From Oligoflexales bacterium (GTDB lineage: Bacteria; Bdellovibrionota_B; Oligoflexia; Oligoflexales; RGVZ01), in the NCBI GenBank assembly GCA_044375465.1, contig JBILMN010000003.1:7587-71586 (forward strand): 64,000 bases of DNA. Reading direction: 5' to 3'. This document shows positions 54,553 to 64,000 of this stretch, piece by piece; position 1 is the first letter of the stretch, and each line of letters begins with the position of its first letter. A program made the position numbers and the translations under genes. Below the pieces are notes generated by a model. That model searched no databases. It was not told where the DNA came from and worked only from the letters and a program-made list of their open reading frames with translations.

Positions 54553-54643
54553 GTCCCAGTGATTCGGTACTTAGTGTTTGAAATTTGAGAATCGACCAAC
54601 CCAAATGGGTAAATTTTTCCTCATCATTGCCTGGTAATTTCCG

Positions 54644-54684
54644 AACCCCTTCATGATCGACAGATTTTGAGGGGGTTTTGTTTT
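54644..54684 (+). terminator. Intrinsic terminator-like hairpin
   Basis: AACCCCTTCA (54644-54653) pairs with TGAGGGGGTT (54668-54677) with one mismatch, followed by TTGTTTT. The 3' arm also contains the only SD-like sequence for the ATG at 54687. Confidence 0.45.
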
Positions 54685-54686
54685 GA

Positions 54687-55037
54687 ATGGCTGATCCGGT
54701 AATCTTTGATCGCAAACCTTATATCGTGTCCTACATCGATAGCGATGGTAAGCCACAGAAGATTCGTCGTGTTCCGCCTCCCAAGCTTCATGAGGCACTG
54801 CCGACCGATAAAGTTGAACTCACCAGGACTCACTCAGACGACTTTTCTCAAGGCGACGTGGTCACTGTCAAAAGCATCAGCCCACGGCAGCCCAACACCC
54901 TCAAGGTCGAAAACAGTGACGGCAAAACCACATTCGTTGCCTACAATGAAATGATCGTCAAAGAGAAATTCATGACCCGCGATGGCACGCCCCCCGAGCG
55001 GATGCCTGAGCGGAGCAAATACCTGCTCTGGCCGTGA
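54687..55037 (+). CDS. Hypothetical protein (116 aa)
   Basis: ATG start and protein-like composition. No family recognised. Abuts the stop of the convergent gene. Confidence 0.5.
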   Translation: MADPVIFDRKPYIVSYIDSDGKPQKIRRVPPPKLHEALPTDKVELTRTHSDDFSQGDVVTVKSISPRQPNTLKVENSDGKTTFVAYNEMIVKEKFMTRDGTPPERMPERSKYLLWP

Positions 55038-56633
55038 TCAGGTACCATTACGCAGGCAGTATTTCGTGGGCGCTTCTGGCACTGTATCCAGTTCAAAACC
55101 TTTGAGCTGGACTCTCTTCGTCGACCAGCCTAGGAATTTTCCTCCGTCGCCGGTCGCCTTAATCCTGAAAAACTGATCACCCGTGCCGTTAGGTCCGGCA
55201 TCATACCAATTCTGTTCGATACTAAAGGTGGACTTGTTGCGGATCGGCTCCTGATGAATGGGTTCCCAGACCACACGGTTATCAGGAGCAGGACACCGCA
55301 CCAAGCGCTCGAACTCCAGACGACGCGTGGTTGCCTGGAATCCCGCATTCAATCGAAACGGACGGCCTGCCACCTGTAATCCCTCGGGGGACAATGTCAG
55401 AGTCGTGTTTGCAGGAATGCCCTCCATTCCTGCAAGGTATGGCCGAACGATCGTTTCATCGTAATCGGCAATGTCGCCCCAACGATATGACTCCCCTGGT
55501 TGAGTGCGAAATGCCACCCCATTGGTTCCGCCAATATTTCTACATTCCGCAGCGTTGATTGCTTCGGTGCGTGAAATCGACACACAAATCTCGGATATGG
55601 CCGCACCTAATAACCGCATTTGAAAATCGCTCATCCAAAGAGGATCGGCGTAAACGCGGTGACCTTCTGAGTAGCGTCCGCTCAAGCCAGCTAGCATTAC
55701 GATGATGCGATCGCTTACGACCTCTGGGCGTCCATCGGGGCCTGCGACCAAAACTGATTCGTCATGATGTGCAAACTGCAATATTCCCGGCACAAAATCG
55801 GCACTCGCTGGTATCACATAGTGCGCGCCAAAAAGGGCCCGGTTCTCAGCGTTTGAATCTTGCATCTGGATACAGGTAGAGAGAGCAAAAGGGCAATGAA
55901 TAACCTCGATTTTCTTCGGGTGGTTCACCTCTCCGATTGGATTTGAGCGGACCAACGAGAACAAATATCCCGATCTAATGTCAGAATGGTACATATCTAA
56001 CTGCAGGTCCTGACGATAGTTATCCGGAAGATCCTGATCTCTTAGAGGTGAACCTTCTTTTTCAAGACGAGCAATCAAGCCTTCACCATCTTGAACCATG
56101 AACCCGTCATTGAGCACCTGCATCATTTCTTTTGAAAAGACCGCGACCAGGTTTCGGGCCGCCGTGTCGCCGCGATGTATCGAGGCCAATTTCCAAATCC
56201 AGCGAATTTTTTCCTCAGCTGTCACGGCGCTGGTTGGTGGTGCGTTCGTACCGATCCGCGATTTGAGAAGGCGCCCGTAAGCTTCAATCTGCGTCTCTAA
56301 GGAGTGCTCCATAGATTCACTGAGGCCCAATTCATTAAAGGAGAATCCAAAAGCACTTTCACCCCGCACGGGCGGCGTTTTAATCACGGTTCCACCCAAT
56401 TCATAATTGGCTGAACTTTTGTTGGCTCTGAGTCCGCTTTCGACATATCCCGCGGCAAGTAGCATCCGGACTGGAACATGGCTATCAGAGGCTGCTTTGA
56501 CAAAGGCAGCTTCAACCGGCGTTACCTGCGGCGCAAGCGCACTGCTGCGCCGTTTACCGCCACAGCTAAAAGTTACGGTGGCCACACACAAAACGACAGT
56601 CGTGATTTCTGGTAATCTCATGAGTAACCTCAT
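55038..56633 (-). CDS. Hypothetical lipoprotein, possible lytic-transglycosylase-like N-terminal motif
   Basis: Lipobox VTFSCGG. VPVRMLLAAGYVESGL resembles the SLT catalytic E-S context. The rest is unrecognised. Confidence 0.55.
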   Translation of the reverse strand: MRLLMRLPEITTVVLCVATVTFSCGGKRRSSALAPQVTPVEAAFVKAASDSHVPVRMLLAAGYVESGLRANKSSANYELGGTVIKTPPVRGESAFGFSFNELGLSESMEHSLETQIEAYGRLLKSRIGTNAPPTSAVTAEEKIRWIWKLASIHRGDTAARNLVAVFSKEMMQVLNDGFMVQDGEGLIARLEKEGSPLRDQDLPDNYRQDLQLDMYHSDIRSGYLFSLVRSNPIGEVNHPKKIEVIHCPFALSTCIQMQDSNAENRALFGAHYVIPASADFVPGILQFAHHDESVLVAGPDGRPEVVSDRIIVMLAGLSGRYSEGHRVYADPLWMSDFQMRLLGAAISEICVSISRTEAINAAECRNIGGTNGVAFRTQPGESYRWGDIADYDETIVRPYLAGMEGIPANTTLTLSPEGLQVAGRPFRLNAGFQATTRRLEFERLVRCPAPDNRVVWEPIHQEPIRNKSTFSIEQNWYDAGPNGTGDQFFRIKATGDGGKFLGWSTKRVQLKGFELDTVPEAPTKYCLRNGT

Positions 56634-56755
56634 ACTTCCTCCAAGAATCGCAGGATATCGAACCTGATGGGCCCAATGCTAATGAAAATTCGTTTCGTAA
56701 GCCTCGCCATTCTAAGTACCCAAGCATTTATGATACGCTGACTGCCATCATAATT

Positions 56756-57688
56756 TCAAATCATCAGCCACACGCCCGCGACACTACCAAATACGAAGAG
56801 GACTCCCCGCCCCGAGATTGTGACGCGGCCAAAAGCTCTTTCACCCAACATGATCCATATGGGGTACGTCGAATTCAGAGCCAGGGCGACACCTAATGGC
56901 GCGTGGGCCATGCCATGCATCATGAGTGCCAACCCGACAAATGTGCCAAGAAACGCCGCGAGCGCCAGCAATCCTGTACCAGGCTCCTTAGACAAGCCTT
57001 TGACCATGGCGCGAATGCTTGACGAACGCCTGATCTCAAAGCATATGAGAATCAAAACAGGACACCAAAGCCTGGCGGCACCAGTCACAATCGGCGATAA
57101 CCCCGTCAATACAGGCTTGGCGACGACCGCACCCAAAGCCTGGCAACAGGCCGCGGCAATGGCACAGCCAATACCAAAAGCAAAGTGTCGATTATCGGGA
57201 GGTCTTGTCGAACCCTGCCTTGTCGAACTTTGCCTTGCCGACTCACAATAGATCAATCCGGCGAGACACGCCGATGTTAGCGTCAAGCCTGCAATTTGAG
57301 CGAACTGCAAACCTTCACCTAAAATCATCCAAGCTAAAATACCGGTGAGCGGCGGTGCTAAGCACTGTATCGACGACGTCATCGTCGCGCCGATACGCTG
57401 CAGTGCCGCAAAAAACACCGTATCGCCAATCAGCACCCCAATGATGCCACTGACCACTAAAACAACATGAGCATGAAAACTCGGCATGGGCTGAGACCGT
57501 TGGATTAGCAAGGCGCACGTAAAAAAGAATAAACCTACAAGACCTTTGAACAAATTAAGCCAAATGACCGAACGACCAACACCCCAAACTCGGTAAATGG
57601 CAACTGAAATCGACCAGACGAATGCGGCACCAAGACTTGCCGCGATACCGGAAAATTCAGACGTCAAAATATTGGCAATCGCAGCCAC
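56756..57688 (-). CDS. EamA/DMT-family transporter
   Basis: GTG start. Ten hydrophobic segments in two EamA-like halves. Confidence 0.85.
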   Translation of the reverse strand: MAAIANILTSEFSGIAASLGAAFVWSISVAIYRVWGVGRSVIWLNLFKGLVGLFFFTCALLIQRSQPMPSFHAHVVLVVSGIIGVLIGDTVFFAALQRIGATMTSSIQCLAPPLTGILAWMILGEGLQFAQIAGLTLTSACLAGLIYCESARQSSTRQGSTRPPDNRHFAFGIGCAIAAACCQALGAVVAKPVLTGLSPIVTGAARLWCPVLILICFEIRRSSSIRAMVKGLSKEPGTGLLALAAFLGTFVGLALMMHGMAHAPLGVALALNSTYPIWIMLGERAFGRVTISGRGVLFVFGSVAGVWLMI

Positions 57689-57788
57689 CCAAATTCTCCT
57701 GGTGAAACCTTACGGGCCAAACAAAAAAGCCCTATAATAACGATATGATAGTCAGCGAAAAATGCACCTAAAAAAGTGAGAGCAAGCC

Positions 57789-58790
57789 ATGCATCCAACG
57801 CCCTCATCGAAGCAATGGCCTCAGTCAGATGTCATTGTTCTGAGTGATGAAACAAATCTGTCAATGATTCTCCGAGAACTCCTAAAACCTTTGGAGTGGA
57901 GAATTGCACAGACAACGGAGAATCCTGCTGCCGCGATTGATCTATTGGAGCAGGGTCAAGCTCATTGCTTTATTGTGATTGACTCCCCATCGCATGCAGC
58001 GGCTGAACACCTGAGATCTCTCTATAAAAACGCCACTGCCAGATTGACGCCCACTTTAGTCCTTGCCTCCGAGAATCTACGTCATGACCTACTGGTTTAC
58101 GAAAAAATCTTTCGCACACATGTTGCGCCCAAGCCTTTGACACCTAACACTTTTATACCAGCATTCAAACAAATGTTGCGAACATGGGAAATTCCCGCAA
58201 TGGCAGCCTTGCGGAAACTCTCTCCTCTTTTGATGGACGCGAAAATTTTCGCAAAAATTGAGATTCTTCGGAAGTTACGCGCCGATCCTGTCGCCCTTCC
58301 CCTGGCGTTGCAAGCGGAATCTGCGGTGCTTTTGAGTCAAAGCAAAGCAACGGAAGCGGAATTGCAATTGCTGGAAACGTTTAAAAAATTTCCAAGTCAT
58401 CCCAACCTGATGGCCCAATTGGCGTGGTTTTACCTGAACGTAAAAATGCCAGACCAATCGATCCGCTACCTCAGAAAGCTTCAGTCCATGGCCATGCCTT
58501 CCACGATCTTTAACCTTGATCTAGCGGCTGCCCACCTTGCCAAAAATGAACTTGAAGAGGCTTTGCCCTTCCTGATCGCTTGGAAAAACACACATCCAAC
58601 CAACACACTGATCGACGGACAGATTGCACGAATATTGGTGACCCAGGACCAAACTGATCTCGCTGATAGCTTTGGAGTTGCAAAGGGAATGGTACGTAAG
58701 ACCCAAGACCTGTGGGATCAAATAGACCATTCAGGGCATCCACCCCCATCAGGAACTAACATCAAGGAACCAGGACCCCGCGCGTCATGA
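57789..58790 (+). CDS. Receiver-like N-terminal domain + TPR-like repeats
   Basis: SDVIVLSDETNLSMILRELL...HCFIVIDSP...PTLVLASE follows a receiver-like pattern without the DD pocket. C-terminal TPR-like LMAQLAWFYLNVKMPDQSIRYLRKLQ and LDLAAAHLAKNELEEALPFL. Confidence 0.55.
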   Translation: MHPTPSSKQWPQSDVIVLSDETNLSMILRELLKPLEWRIAQTTENPAAAIDLLEQGQAHCFIVIDSPSHAAAEHLRSLYKNATARLTPTLVLASENLRHDLLVYEKIFRTHVAPKPLTPNTFIPAFKQMLRTWEIPAMAALRKLSPLLMDAKIFAKIEILRKLRADPVALPLALQAESAVLLSQSKATEAELQLLETFKKFPSHPNLMAQLAWFYLNVKMPDQSIRYLRKLQSMAMPSTIFNLDLAAAHLAKNELEEALPFLIAWKNTHPTNTLIDGQIARILVTQDQTDLADSFGVAKGMVRKTQDLWDQIDHSGHPPPSGTNIKEPGPRAS

Positions 58791-59641
58791 CCGAAAAGAA
58801 CGATAACGCAACCGCTCTTGCCCGCATTCTCGCCAGGACGCCCAGTGAGAAAGTCATCACACCAAAAGCATGGGATCTTTTGGTGCAGGATGTTGTTGCG
58901 TGCGCTAAAGCATCAAGTGGGCTGCTCAACATATTTGGCGAGGTTGGCAGTGGTAAAACGTCTTTTGCCGCCATACTCACCACAGCAGCAAAGCAGCATG
59001 TCGATGTGATTGCAATCGCGCCAGCGTCTCAAATCAAAGATCACGGATGGTTATTGAAAGCCATAGCACCGTGGCTATCGAGCGAAAGCAATGACACTAA
59101 AGCCATTCAAAAAAAATTGTCCTCGTTATCCGAAACGGAACGCTCCATCCTGATTGTCATCGATGGCGGCGATTTCATCGCCGACGACCAATTGTCTGGA
59201 GATCTCGCGGCCATTTTGAATCTATCAAGCCATGCCGGCGTCAAACTTGCCGTGGTGGTTCTAGCAGCAGAGCAGAAGTTGAGCAACGTGCTCACTGATC
59301 AACGACTCGCTGGCAAAATTTTACTCCACCGTGCTCTCCCGGGGCTTCAGACCAGACAATTGATTGAACTCATCGAAACAAAGATTCTGGCTGCAGGTAC
59401 GGCAAAAGGCGCAATAACTCCGACTGATGTCGCTAAAATCGCAGAGCAGAGCCTCGGCAAACCTTTGCTTGCGCTGAACCTATTGGCGCGAAAACTTGGT
59501 CTTTCTGTGGTGGCAACATCCATGACATCAGATCACACCAAAGAAGCCAAGGTTCCTACACGGCAAAAACACCACACGAACGATCTGATTGACATAGAAG
59601 ACTTACTGACACCCCAAAAGCACGGAAGCACACAAAAATAA
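58787..59641 (+). CDS. ExeA/MshM-like AAA ATPase
   Basis: ATGA overlap with the upstream gene. Walker A IFGEVGSGKTSF. Walker-B-like SILIVIDGGD is degenerate. LLHRALPGLQTRQLIELIETKILAAG matches the ExeA-type helical part. Confidence 0.7.
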   Translation: MTEKNDNATALARILARTPSEKVITPKAWDLLVQDVVACAKASSGLLNIFGEVGSGKTSFAAILTTAAKQHVDVIAIAPASQIKDHGWLLKAIAPWLSSESNDTKAIQKKLSSLSETERSILIVIDGGDFIADDQLSGDLAAILNLSSHAGVKLAVVVLAAEQKLSNVLTDQRLAGKILLHRALPGLQTRQLIELIETKILAAGTAKGAITPTDVAKIAEQSLGKPLLALNLLARKLGLSVVATSMTSDHTKEAKVPTRQKHHTNDLIDIEDLLTPQKHGSTQK

Positions 59642-59644
59642 TCC

Positions 59645-62600
59645 ATGAAGCGCCGACACAACAAATTGGTGATCGTCCTCATCTTTACGATGGCTTTGGC
59701 TTACATCGGCAATTTGCTTATAGACAACCCATACACTCACAGTGCTGTGAACTACTACCTGAATGAAAAAATTTTGAAGAGACTCCCGATCCGCGCGGAG
59801 TACCAATCCATGAAAATTCAGCTGGTACCTCCGGCTATCAGCATCTACGGGCTAAAGGTGTCATCATCAACTCCTGAGACAGTTGCGCAGGACTTGGTGA
59901 CAGTGTCCACCCTGACATTCAAGGCTTCACTATGGTCAATGTTTATGGCCCGTCCTCAGGTTGGAGACCTGGAACTGAAAAACTTAAATCTATCATGGCC
60001 ACCACCGCCAGAGTTTCTAGATGCACTAAAGGCACTTGAACCGAGACCAAGTCAAAAGTCCCTATCCAATCCGACAACAAATCCTATCTGGCCTCCAACG
60101 CAACCGCCACCACTTTCGGCTCTGCGGTTTTCAAACGCAACCATCACAGCCACCATACCCGGGTTATCACTCAACACAAACCAAAAACCCGATGAAGTGA
60201 CAAAGATCGCAACCGAAGGGCTCAACGCGGATGTTGAGATCCATGATTGGAAGTCGTTTACTCTAGAAGTGAATTCAGGGCACACGTTCATCACCGATAG
60301 CACCTCATCATATCTTGAAGATGGTGGTATCAAACTTCGAGCCGACATGCGGGGCAACCTGCTCAATATCCGCAAAATGGAACTACGCTCCCCAAGATTA
60401 AATGTGGACGGGACCTCTGAGATCAATATCAAGACTTCAAAGAAAACCAATGAAATTGAACATGTGTCAGTCACGATCGACGCTCAGGATATGGAGGCTG
60501 ACTTAAGCCTGGTTGGATCATTTTTGGATATCACGGGAAATCGAGGCAAAGTCGCGGGATCCGCGAAAACAAACTTTCGAATACCTGTGACTTCGCGCGA
60601 GCCCTTGCGATTTAAGACACAGGGCCACATCAAAAGCCATGACGCGAGATTCTATGATTTCCGGCTCTATGAGACCGATACGGATTTCAGTGTCGATCTC
60701 GATAAGTTTGAGCTTAGCAATACTAAAATCATGCTCGGGAACAAGGTTGTAGCTAAGGGAGGCGGCGAAATTGCGTTTGACAGCGCGGTCACGTATCGTT
60801 TTGATCTGGCGCCTCAGGAACTGCCATTCTACGATCTACTGGGCATTTTTAATGTGGATTTTGACGTCGTAAATTTCAAACTGACATCTTCATCACTCAA
60901 AATCAATGGAACTGGCGATCCATTCAAAATGTCTGTGGCATCCAATGCCGCGTTGACTCATTTCGAAACCCCATCGACAGACTACGATCACTCCCGGCAT
61001 GCTGAACAGCCGCAATGTGACATGGAGCTTGCGCTAAACGTAAACTCAAATGGATTGGATATATCCAAGGGCAATGGTTGGTGTCACATCAACGGAAAGG
61101 ATAGTGCGCCAGGAAAATTCCCCCTAGTTATCGGTGGTCACACGGCATTTAACACGCAGGGTGGCATTGATCTCACGCTGAAATCTGATGCTTTCAACCC
61201 AGCGCCTTTAGCGTATTTTTCACAGATGTCCATGGACGGTAACGGCAGCATGAACACTCGGATTCATGGGCCCTATGACAGCGTTAAAGTTGACATCAAA
61301 ACCGAGATTTCAGATGCCATACTTGGATCCACGCCCATTGGCAGATTGAAAGCCGGAATCCTGATCGATGGGGATAGAGTGTCGTGGAATGATCTGCAAG
61401 TCAACACTCCCGCTGGGGGGCGCATCACAAGCTCCAGCGGCAACATCGCGTTTGACGATGACTTGACCATTGATTTCAACGTCCAGGCGGAATCCATCGA
61501 TCATGGCATCATCAAAAGCGCCGTCAAAGACATGACTCAAAACAAGTCGGATCTTGAGTTTGTAGTTCCATCCTTGGAGGCAAAACTCAGAGGTCCAATA
61601 TTGAGTCCTTTACGATGGCGAGGTGCTGCAAAAATTCAGATGGATAGCATTCGAGACTCAGAGAATGACTACGCAAAATCCCTAGCAGGTACCATCGAGG
61701 GGCTCGATCAGGGTTACAAAACCGATGATTTGGTGATGCTCGCTGGTGGGACGAAATCAACCATTCACGTGTCACATCAGTGGCAACCCGGCCAGCCACA
61801 TCCAAGTTTTTTGGGCGGATTAGGTCTATCCCCCGCCGACAAACTCGAGATCTCGGCAAAAATCAGCGGCATTCCAGGTTCGGGCGGCGAGTTCAGGCAG
61901 CTACCCATCATTGGTAAAACTGCAGCTGACTACGGTATATCCACCCAGATTTCCGGAGATGCTAAGTTTTCAGGAACTTTAGGTCACCAAACTGGTATCG
62001 CTCATCTGCAGACAGCAAAAACGACCATACTCAATGCCCCCGTCAGCGACATTATTAGCACCATCATCGTCGATGGTAGCAAACTGGATATTATGGCTGA
62101 ACAAGGTGGAAGTGCGTTGAAAGCAAGAATCAACATCAATCTTGCGGCTGATGGAATCCCGTTTAGCTGGTATATTGCTGCCAGGAATGCCGACTTTCGC
62201 CCATGGCTTCCGCAGATGATGAGCCAAGACGCCCGCAATTACGCGTATCTTAGCGCGACCTGGAACTTACAGGGCACATTTAAGCATTGGTGGAAAAGCC
62301 AGGGTGACCTGGATCTCAAAGATCTCAGGCTTCGGTATTATTCTAATCTTTCTCGTACCGGCCAACGTGTGGATTTTAGAACCGCACACTCGTCTCACAT
62401 TACATTTAATGGGCAGGAATGGGTCATGGCAAACTCAGAACCCATCACGGTTGTGAGTCGTCTTGGCGAGTTAAAAATCGGCCTTAAAGATCACCGACCT
62501 CCAGCGAAACTCGGAATGACCATCGAGGGCAAACTTGATATGGAGTCACTTCGGTTGTTTATCCCTGATATCGAGACCGCCACCGGAAGCATATCGGCGA

Positions 62601-63874
62601 AGGGTGGGATCTATGGTTCTATCGAGTCACCCAAAGTTAATATCGCCGTGCGTAATGCCGGTGCTGGTGAAAAGGGTGAGCCCATTGCGCTTGGACATTC
62701 CGCTTTTAGGCCATCGTTTCAGGACCTTGAGCTCGATGCCAACATCTTGTTTGATGGCATTAACATTAAGAATCTTCGAGCGAAGAAAGGCAACGGCGAC
62801 ATCGCCGTGAATGGTTTCATCGCCCGGCCAGGCTCAGGACTGGAAACGGATTTGACGATCGATCTGAACACGGCCGCGTTTTTATATCCGTTTCCCATCG
62901 TGAAGTATTTCGATTCCAGTATTGATGGCCAGGTCAAGATTACAGGCAGCCAAAAACCGCTGAATGCCGCAGGTCGCATTTCCATAAAAAAAGCACGATC
63001 AAATCGGGATGTTGATATCAGAGAGGCAATACTTGAGAGCTTAAGATCACAGGCGACTCAGGACTCGACCGAGTCCATTGCGCCGACATTCAATCTAGAC
63101 ATCAGCCTCGCTGCGGAAAATTCTATTGGATTTAGCAGCCGAACCGGTCAGGCAACCCTTTCCGCAGACTTAAAAATACGAGGTTCCGACATCGCGCCAA
63201 GCGTTGTAGGGCTCGTTGATATCTCAAAAGGGCGGTTTTTGTATAAAAGAGATTTTGAGATCAAACGTGGCTTGATCAATTTTGATGATCCCATCAAGGT
63301 TGACCCGTCGCTAGACATTGCTGCAGCCAGCGATGTTGCAAACTATAGGGTTGGTATTTCAATTGCTGGCCGGGCCAGCAGTCCGATCATAGATTTTACG
63401 GTTGACCCTGCCACGAGACCCGATGGAACCGCAATATCTAAAATGGAAATTATCGCGCTTCTAAGTCGTGGTTCACTTCCAGATAATACCTCCGGCCGCA
63501 GTACATCGGAGTCGGCCGCTGCGGCTGAAGCGCTGAACCTTCTTGCAGGTCAAGTTGAGGATACTGTGCAAAAAATATTTGACCTGTCAGGACAAAATGT
63601 CATCAGACAGGTCTATATCGACACCTATGCGGATACAGAGGGAACGCCGATTGCCAGATTTAACCTACCACTCAATATTACTGACGACCTCGACGTGATT
63701 TTAAAGGTCGACCAAAACACGGTAAAAGTATCGTCAGAATACAGCCTTCATGATAGCATTTCTCTTACAGGCGGTATTGAGAATAGCAATGAGCAGACTG
63801 GTAACAGCAGCAAAGCAACGGGCGTGCCGGCAGATACGGGCGTGGACCTTAAATTCAAGTTTGCTTTCCCTTAA
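59645..63874 (+). CDS. tamB: TamB/AsmA-like translocation and assembly module protein
   Basis: 1409 aa. N-terminal anchor LVIVLIFTMALAYIGNLL and a long beta-rich body. C-terminal DUF490-type GRFLYKRDFEIKRGLINFDDPIKVDPSLDIAAASDVANYRVGISIAGRASSPIIDFTVDP...EIIALLSRG. Confidence 0.8.
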   Translation: MKRRHNKLVIVLIFTMALAYIGNLLIDNPYTHSAVNYYLNEKILKRLPIRAEYQSMKIQLVPPAISIYGLKVSSSTPETVAQDLVTVSTLTFKASLWSMFMARPQVGDLELKNLNLSWPPPPEFLDALKALEPRPSQKSLSNPTTNPIWPPTQPPPLSALRFSNATITATIPGLSLNTNQKPDEVTKIATEGLNADVEIHDWKSFTLEVNSGHTFITDSTSSYLEDGGIKLRADMRGNLLNIRKMELRSPRLNVDGTSEINIKTSKKTNEIEHVSVTIDAQDMEADLSLVGSFLDITGNRGKVAGSAKTNFRIPVTSREPLRFKTQGHIKSHDARFYDFRLYETDTDFSVDLDKFELSNTKIMLGNKVVAKGGGEIAFDSAVTYRFDLAPQELPFYDLLGIFNVDFDVVNFKLTSSSLKINGTGDPFKMSVASNAALTHFETPSTDYDHSRHAEQPQCDMELALNVNSNGLDISKGNGWCHINGKDSAPGKFPLVIGGHTAFNTQGGIDLTLKSDAFNPAPLAYFSQMSMDGNGSMNTRIHGPYDSVKVDIKTEISDAILGSTPIGRLKAGILIDGDRVSWNDLQVNTPAGGRITSSSGNIAFDDDLTIDFNVQAESIDHGIIKSAVKDMTQNKSDLEFVVPSLEAKLRGPILSPLRWRGAAKIQMDSIRDSENDYAKSLAGTIEGLDQGYKTDDLVMLAGGTKSTIHVSHQWQPGQPHPSFLGGLGLSPADKLEISAKISGIPGSGGEFRQLPIIGKTAADYGISTQISGDAKFSGTLGHQTGIAHLQTAKTTILNAPVSDIISTIIVDGSKLDIMAEQGGSALKARININLAADGIPFSWYIAARNADFRPWLPQMMSQDARNYAYLSATWNLQGTFKHWWKSQGDLDLKDLRLRYYSNLSRTGQRVDFRTAHSSHITFNGQEWVMANSEPITVVSRLGELKIGLKDHRPPAKLGMTIEGKLDMESLRLFIPDIETATGSISAKGGIYGSIESPKVNIAVRNAGAGEKGEPIALGHSAFRPSFQDLELDANILFDGINIKNLRAKKGNGDIAVNGFIARPGSGLETDLTIDLNTAAFLYPFPIVKYFDSSIDGQVKITGSQKPLNAAGRISIKKARSNRDVDIREAILESLRSQATQDSTESIAPTFNLDISLAAENSIGFSSRTGQATLSADLKIRGSDIAPSVVGLVDISKGRFLYKRDFEIKRGLINFDDPIKVDPSLDIAAASDVANYRVGISIAGRASSPIIDFTVDPATRPDGTAISKMEIIALLSRGSLPDNTSGRSTSESAAAAEALNLLAGQVEDTVQKIFDLSGQNVIRQVYIDTYADTEGTPIARFNLPLNITDDLDVILKVDQNTVKVSSEYSLHDSISLTGGIENSNEQTGNSSKATGVPADTGVDLKFKFAFP

Positions 63875-64000
63875 ACACTTATGGGGATCGCTGGGTCTTA
63901 TCGCATTTATATTTTTGTTTTCCCCCAGCCCGTCCATGGCCGACAATTGGCGGATGGCTGATGATGTGCCTCTTTCCAAGGATGACGCAAATCGCATCAC
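63861..64000 (+). CDS. Partial CDS (5' end) of a secreted protein, running off the window
   Basis: Open frame with no stop from 63789 to the window edge. Signal-like LKHLWGSLGLIAFIFLFSPSPSMA/DNW. The start (TTG 63861 or upstream ATG 63789) is unresolved. Confidence 0.25.
   Translation, partial: MLSLKHLWGSLGLIAFIFLFSPSPSMADNWRMADDVPLSKDDANRI

Noticed and set aside
1-64000. Window-wide scan by eye for tRNA T-loop signatures (GGTTCGAATCC-type), rRNA, CRISPR-like regular repeats, transposase/integrase/recombinase ORFs, phage structural genes and toxin-antitoxin pairs
   Set aside because: None was found. The only GGTTCGA-like string (near 13165) lies inside the MCP coding sequence with no cloverleaf context. 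This was a manual scan, so tRNAscan-SE, Infernal/Rfam, ISfinder and DefenseFinder runs would be the decisive checks.

Overview
Gene-dense chromosomal segment from a diderm (Gram-negative) bacterium, with about 65 supported CDS on both strands and many 1-4 nt start/stop overlaps. The diderm call rests on BamD, TamB, TolQRAB and Ccm system I. GC looks roughly balanced by eye, and I cannot place the lineage from sequence alone. I found no rRNA, tRNA, CRISPR array, transposase, integrase or phage structural gene. The one clear RNA gene is RNase P RNA (rnpB, about 45088-45538). It is absent from the ORF track and is overlapped there by a spurious antisense ORF. Housekeeping content: lysS, trmB, ybeY plus a CNNM/CorC-type gene, nagZ, hpt, deoA, tatD, fabG plus a KAS III gene, an RluA-family synthase, ccmABCDEG (ccmD found by hand, 52 aa) and tolQRAB. 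Envelope, sensory and orphan content: two TonB_C-type proteins, one MCP, several lipoproteins and secreted orphans, and a large two-component locus. No novel system is proven here. The candidates I would look at first are: (1) a self-contained His-Asp-His-Asp phosphorelay locus (25255-33183) with no DNA-binding output, several degenerate receivers and a REC + 2x CheX-like protein; (2) an 856-aa helical-repeat protein ending in a HEPN-type RNxxAH motif (21595-24165); (3) a class A PBP homologue with an intact glycosyltransferase but all transpeptidase motifs lost, translationally coupled to an 823-aa MORN-repeat secreted protein (4640-8967); (4) a translationally coupled RluA / DPPY methyltransferase / MazG-like operon (9853-11950); (5) a TPR / ExeA-like ATPase / TamB cluster with no TamA upstream (57789-64000); (6) a perfect 98-bp duplication of a gene 3' end embedded in an array of a TTTAAATGGGGACACCCG motif (51881-52190). 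All family assignments are motif recognition from memory, not database searches.
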